In this document: positions 60,655-64,000 of the stretch, in pieces
Layout: each line of letters begins with the position of its first letter
How positions within the stretch are numbered: position 1 is the first letter of the stretch
Source: Octopus bimaculoides
Taxonomy: Eukaryota
DNA length: 64,000 nt
Direction of reading: 5' to 3'
NCBI RefSeq assembly: GCF_001194135.2
Contig: NC_068996.1
Span: 6,328,791-6,392,790 of the forward strand
The notes under the pieces: generated by a model
What the model was told of the DNA's origin: nothing
Database searches by the model: none
The model's input: only the letters and a program-made list of their open reading frames with translations
Translations under genes and position numbers: made by a program

Positions 60655-62061
60655 TAATACAGAATAAACCTATAGAACGATGATGATGATGATGATGATT
60701 TCAGTCAACTCTGCAGGGGAAAATAAACTTAATGATATCAAGACAAGAAGACACCAACACATACATAGACATGATGGGCTTTTGGCAGTTTCAAATCCAC
60801 TCATAAAGGTTTGGTCAGCTCAGAGCTATAGCAAAAATAGCACTTGCCCAAAGTGTAGCATAACCCAGATTGAACCCTGAACCATGTGGTTGGGAAGCAA
60901 GCTTCTTAACCACACAGCTATGCTGGCACTTATTGTTAATATAAACTAAAAAGTTTTACAAAATTTATAGTAAAGAGAATAGTGATGTTTTTTGTTGTTG
61001 TTTTCTAACATTGGTCAAAAGCTTAGACAGGGAGGAAATAAAGTTGCCCAAGTGATTGTCCTCAAAAAAAAAAAAAAAGATGTGATAAGTATGGTTGAAA
61101 AGGGCTTCATCATAGAGTTGCTCATTGAAATTGACCTGAGGTGCAACAACAGCAATAATGACAAACAACATCAGCAACCAGACTAATGAAAGAACCTTTG
61201 CGTGATTGCTCAAATTGCAAGAAATAGCAGTTATATCTCCCCCAAATCATATCCCACTGCCTTGCATATAAGCACACACACACACTAAGTTACTGTAATC
61301 CTAGAAAGGGTCATGGCTGGACCATCTTTGATCATCACTGCAGCAATAATTAAAAAACAAAACTTCATTCTAAGTCATACCCCACTGTCTTAAATATAAG
61401 ATGAAGGGGACAGACCCCCACCCCCACGCACCTACAGACATGACTCTAAGGAAAAAATAGAAGGTAGCTGAAGATTGAACTTATAGAGCCTAGTAATGAG
61501 TGCTAGCAATAAGACGTGTTAACATTTTTAGGTGTCATGGAGGTAAAGAGACATATGGCTATAATTGAGTAAATTAGAAACTGATGCAAGTTAAAAACAA
61601 CAACAACAAAACAAAAACAAGAGTGAAGAGCAGAACACCACCAAATATTAAGTGGGGACACAAGACAAACAAAAATTAATACTGTATCATGGAAAAATTA
61701 GGATAGAAATTGCACTTGAATACCTAGACAAAATGGAAGCAGACATCTCAGACAGTTGGAGACAGCTTATAAAGCTTCCACAATTGGTCCAGTTACATAA
61801 ATACACCTAAAACAAACAACTAGTAACAGCAGCCAAAGTTTTCTCTTTCTGTCTGTCTGTCTGTCTGTCTCTCTCAAATCACCCCCTAATAAGGAAAAGT
61901 ACACACATTAGATAATGTCAGTAGTCTTAGATGCCAAAGGGGTGGTCATAACTAAAAATGCCTCTTACATCAAGGGTTGACCTGGGGAGTGGTTAAATAA
62001 TAACTAATAGTAAGACACAGAATTACAGAATGACAAATATTATGATGGCATACGTGTGTGC

Positions 62062-62101
<40 letters not shown>

Positions 62102-62510
62102 AAAAGAAGATATATATATATATAACTACTCTACGAATAAGATAGCAAAACAATATACTATTTAATAGAAACAGGTAGGCACACTCAAACAACACACAGA
62201 GATACAGAGAGACATCACCAGGAAAACATATGTCAGAAACACTAACAAAACAAAAGCAACCAAAGAAAGAATTAATGACAGCAACGGTGATAATAATAGT
62301 CTCAAATGTTGGCACAAGGCCTGCAATTTTATTAGGAGTAGGTGAGTTGATTACATCAACCCCGGTGCTACTACTCCTACTACTACATTTTTACCAATAC
62401 CAAAAGGATACAAGGCAAAACTGACTCTCGTGAGATTTGAATTCAGAATGAAAAGAGCCAGAACAAATACCACAAAATAGTTTTTCCAGAGCTCTAACAA
62501 CAACAACAAC

Positions 62511-62544
<34 letters not shown>

Positions 62545-62549
62545 GTAAC

Positions 62550-62950
62550 CTTTAGGAGGGACAAACAAGTGTGCCTAATAATTGACACGGCAGTGCCTGG
62601 AGATCGAATATCATCAAGAAAGAAAGAGAAAAGATCGATAAATATGGAGAGCTGAGAATTGAGATTGCTAAAATGTGGCAGCTACAAGAATCAAACAAAG
62701 TTTATCCCTATTGTCATTGGAGCATTGGGTTCAATACCACCCAATCTGTAAACTTTAGAAATATCCTACAATCTATGTGTACTGTAAAAGCCGGCGTTAC
62801 TTGGAACTGCATGCATATTGCGTAAAGTACTGTCTGTCTGAAGTCCTTGTGACTTGACAAACAGTACAACCCTCCCGGTAGACACAATATCTTCAATCAA
62901 CAACTTCACGATATTGTATACTGTGTGACGTCTATTAAATAATAATAACA
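62550..62950 (+). mobile_element. 3' fragment of an R4/Dong-like non-LTR element (restriction-like endonuclease C-terminus)
   Basis: CLIIDTAVPGD..EKIDKYGELRIEIAKMWQL..IPIVIGALGSIP..KPALLGTACILRKVLSV*. Preceded by a long (AAT)n tract and ending in an (AAT)n tail. Confidence 0.75.
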
Positions 62951-63319
62951 ATAATCCTTTCTAATATAGGCACAGGGTGTGAAATTCTTTTTTTTAAGGG
63001 TGGGGAACTAGTTGATTACATCAAATACTACACAACAACCTTATGGTTGATATGAATGGGTTATCAATTCAAATGCACTTGAGTACCGTGTACAATCAAT
63101 GGAAAAAATCAAACAAAGTTTAAAAGAAAAAGGTGGAAGTTGTAAATGAAGACTGAGGTATACACACACATGCACCATGATTTTTATTGATAGTTGCTTC
63201 AAAGTTTTACTGGGTGTGTCACAACTTATATTAAGTCACTGACAACAATATTATAAGAATTAGCTTCTACACATGAATTGAGTTCTTTATTAAAATGAAA
63301 TTATATACAATATATAAAA

Positions 63320-63488
63320 CATCATCATCATCCTCATCATCATCGTTTAACGTCCGCTTTCCATGCTAGCATGGGTTGGGCGATTTGAGTGAAGAGTGGT
63401 GAACCAGATGGCTGCACCAGGCTCCAATCTGATCTGGCAGAGTTTCTACAGCTGGATGCCCTTCCTAATACCAACCACTCCGAGAGTG
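63320..63488 (-). mobile_element. family S3 retroposon
   Basis: Same tail sequence as 8839-9000. Confidence 0.85.
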
Positions 63489-63527
63489 AGCATTAATGAA
63501 ACACACACACACACATGTATATACATA

Positions 63528-64000
63528 CGAGGGGATACCCAAAAGAAACTAGAATTTTGCAATATTATTTTATTCACTTTTACATGTTTACATGTTTATC
63601 ACCTTCAAAGTATTCTCCATTTAAAGCCATGCATCGGTCCAGACATGTTTTCCACACTTTTAAGCAGTCCTGGAACTCTTGCAAAATGATGTCTTTTAAT
63701 GCCTCTGCCGTTTTTGTCTTCACCTCTTCTAAATCTGAGAAACACTTTCCTTTCAGGACTTTTTCCATTTGGGAACAAAACAAATCAGAGGGAGCAAGAT
63801 TGGGTGAATAGGGAGGGTAGGTAAGCAGGGTCATGCCATTTTTGGTTAAAAACTGTCTTATACTCAAGGCAGGCACATTGTTGTGATGAAACCACCACTC
63901 TCCAATTTGCTACAGGTTGGGATGTTTTCATCTTACCACATCTCGCAAACACTTCAGAACTTCTGAGCAAAATGTCTGGTTAACAATTTGACCAGGAGGA
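63528..64000 (-). mobile_element. mariner transposon 3' part (continues beyond the window)
   Basis: TA|CGAGGGGATACCCAAAA terminus; minus-strand PYSPNLAPSDLF...LKGKCFSDLEEVK...CLDRCMALNGEYFEGDK is a typical mariner C-terminus. Confidence 0.88.

Overview
AT-rich, repeat-saturated animal genomic DNA with about 11 N-gaps and dense (TA)n/(CA)n/(TAA)n microsatellites. The repeat repertoire looks like a coleoid cephalopod, most likely Octopus (inference from remembered repeat families; no search was run). The window reads as intronic sequence of one large minus-strand gene, of which two exons are reasonably supported (44381-44667 and 20283-20836). They are frame-compatible and encode a low-complexity, Ser/Lys/Pro-rich protein I cannot name. 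The rest is a layered transposon landscape: several tRNA-headed SINE families, RTE, CR1-like and R4/Dong-like LINE remnants, Tc1 (DD36E-like), mariner and DD41D-like elements, a hAT derivative with an 8-bp TSD, and hAT-like and piggyBac-like MITEs. The most notable signals are a complete type I hammerhead ribozyme fold at 32725-32786, a tRNA-headed element with a Penelope-type minimal hammerhead and inverted terminal duplication at 8158-8535, and a mariner derivative built from two 5' ends at 17168-18046. Most ORFs in the supplied track are artefacts of N-runs, microsatellites or repeats. Repeat boundaries are approximate (about 10-20 bp) unless TIRs or TSDs are quoted.
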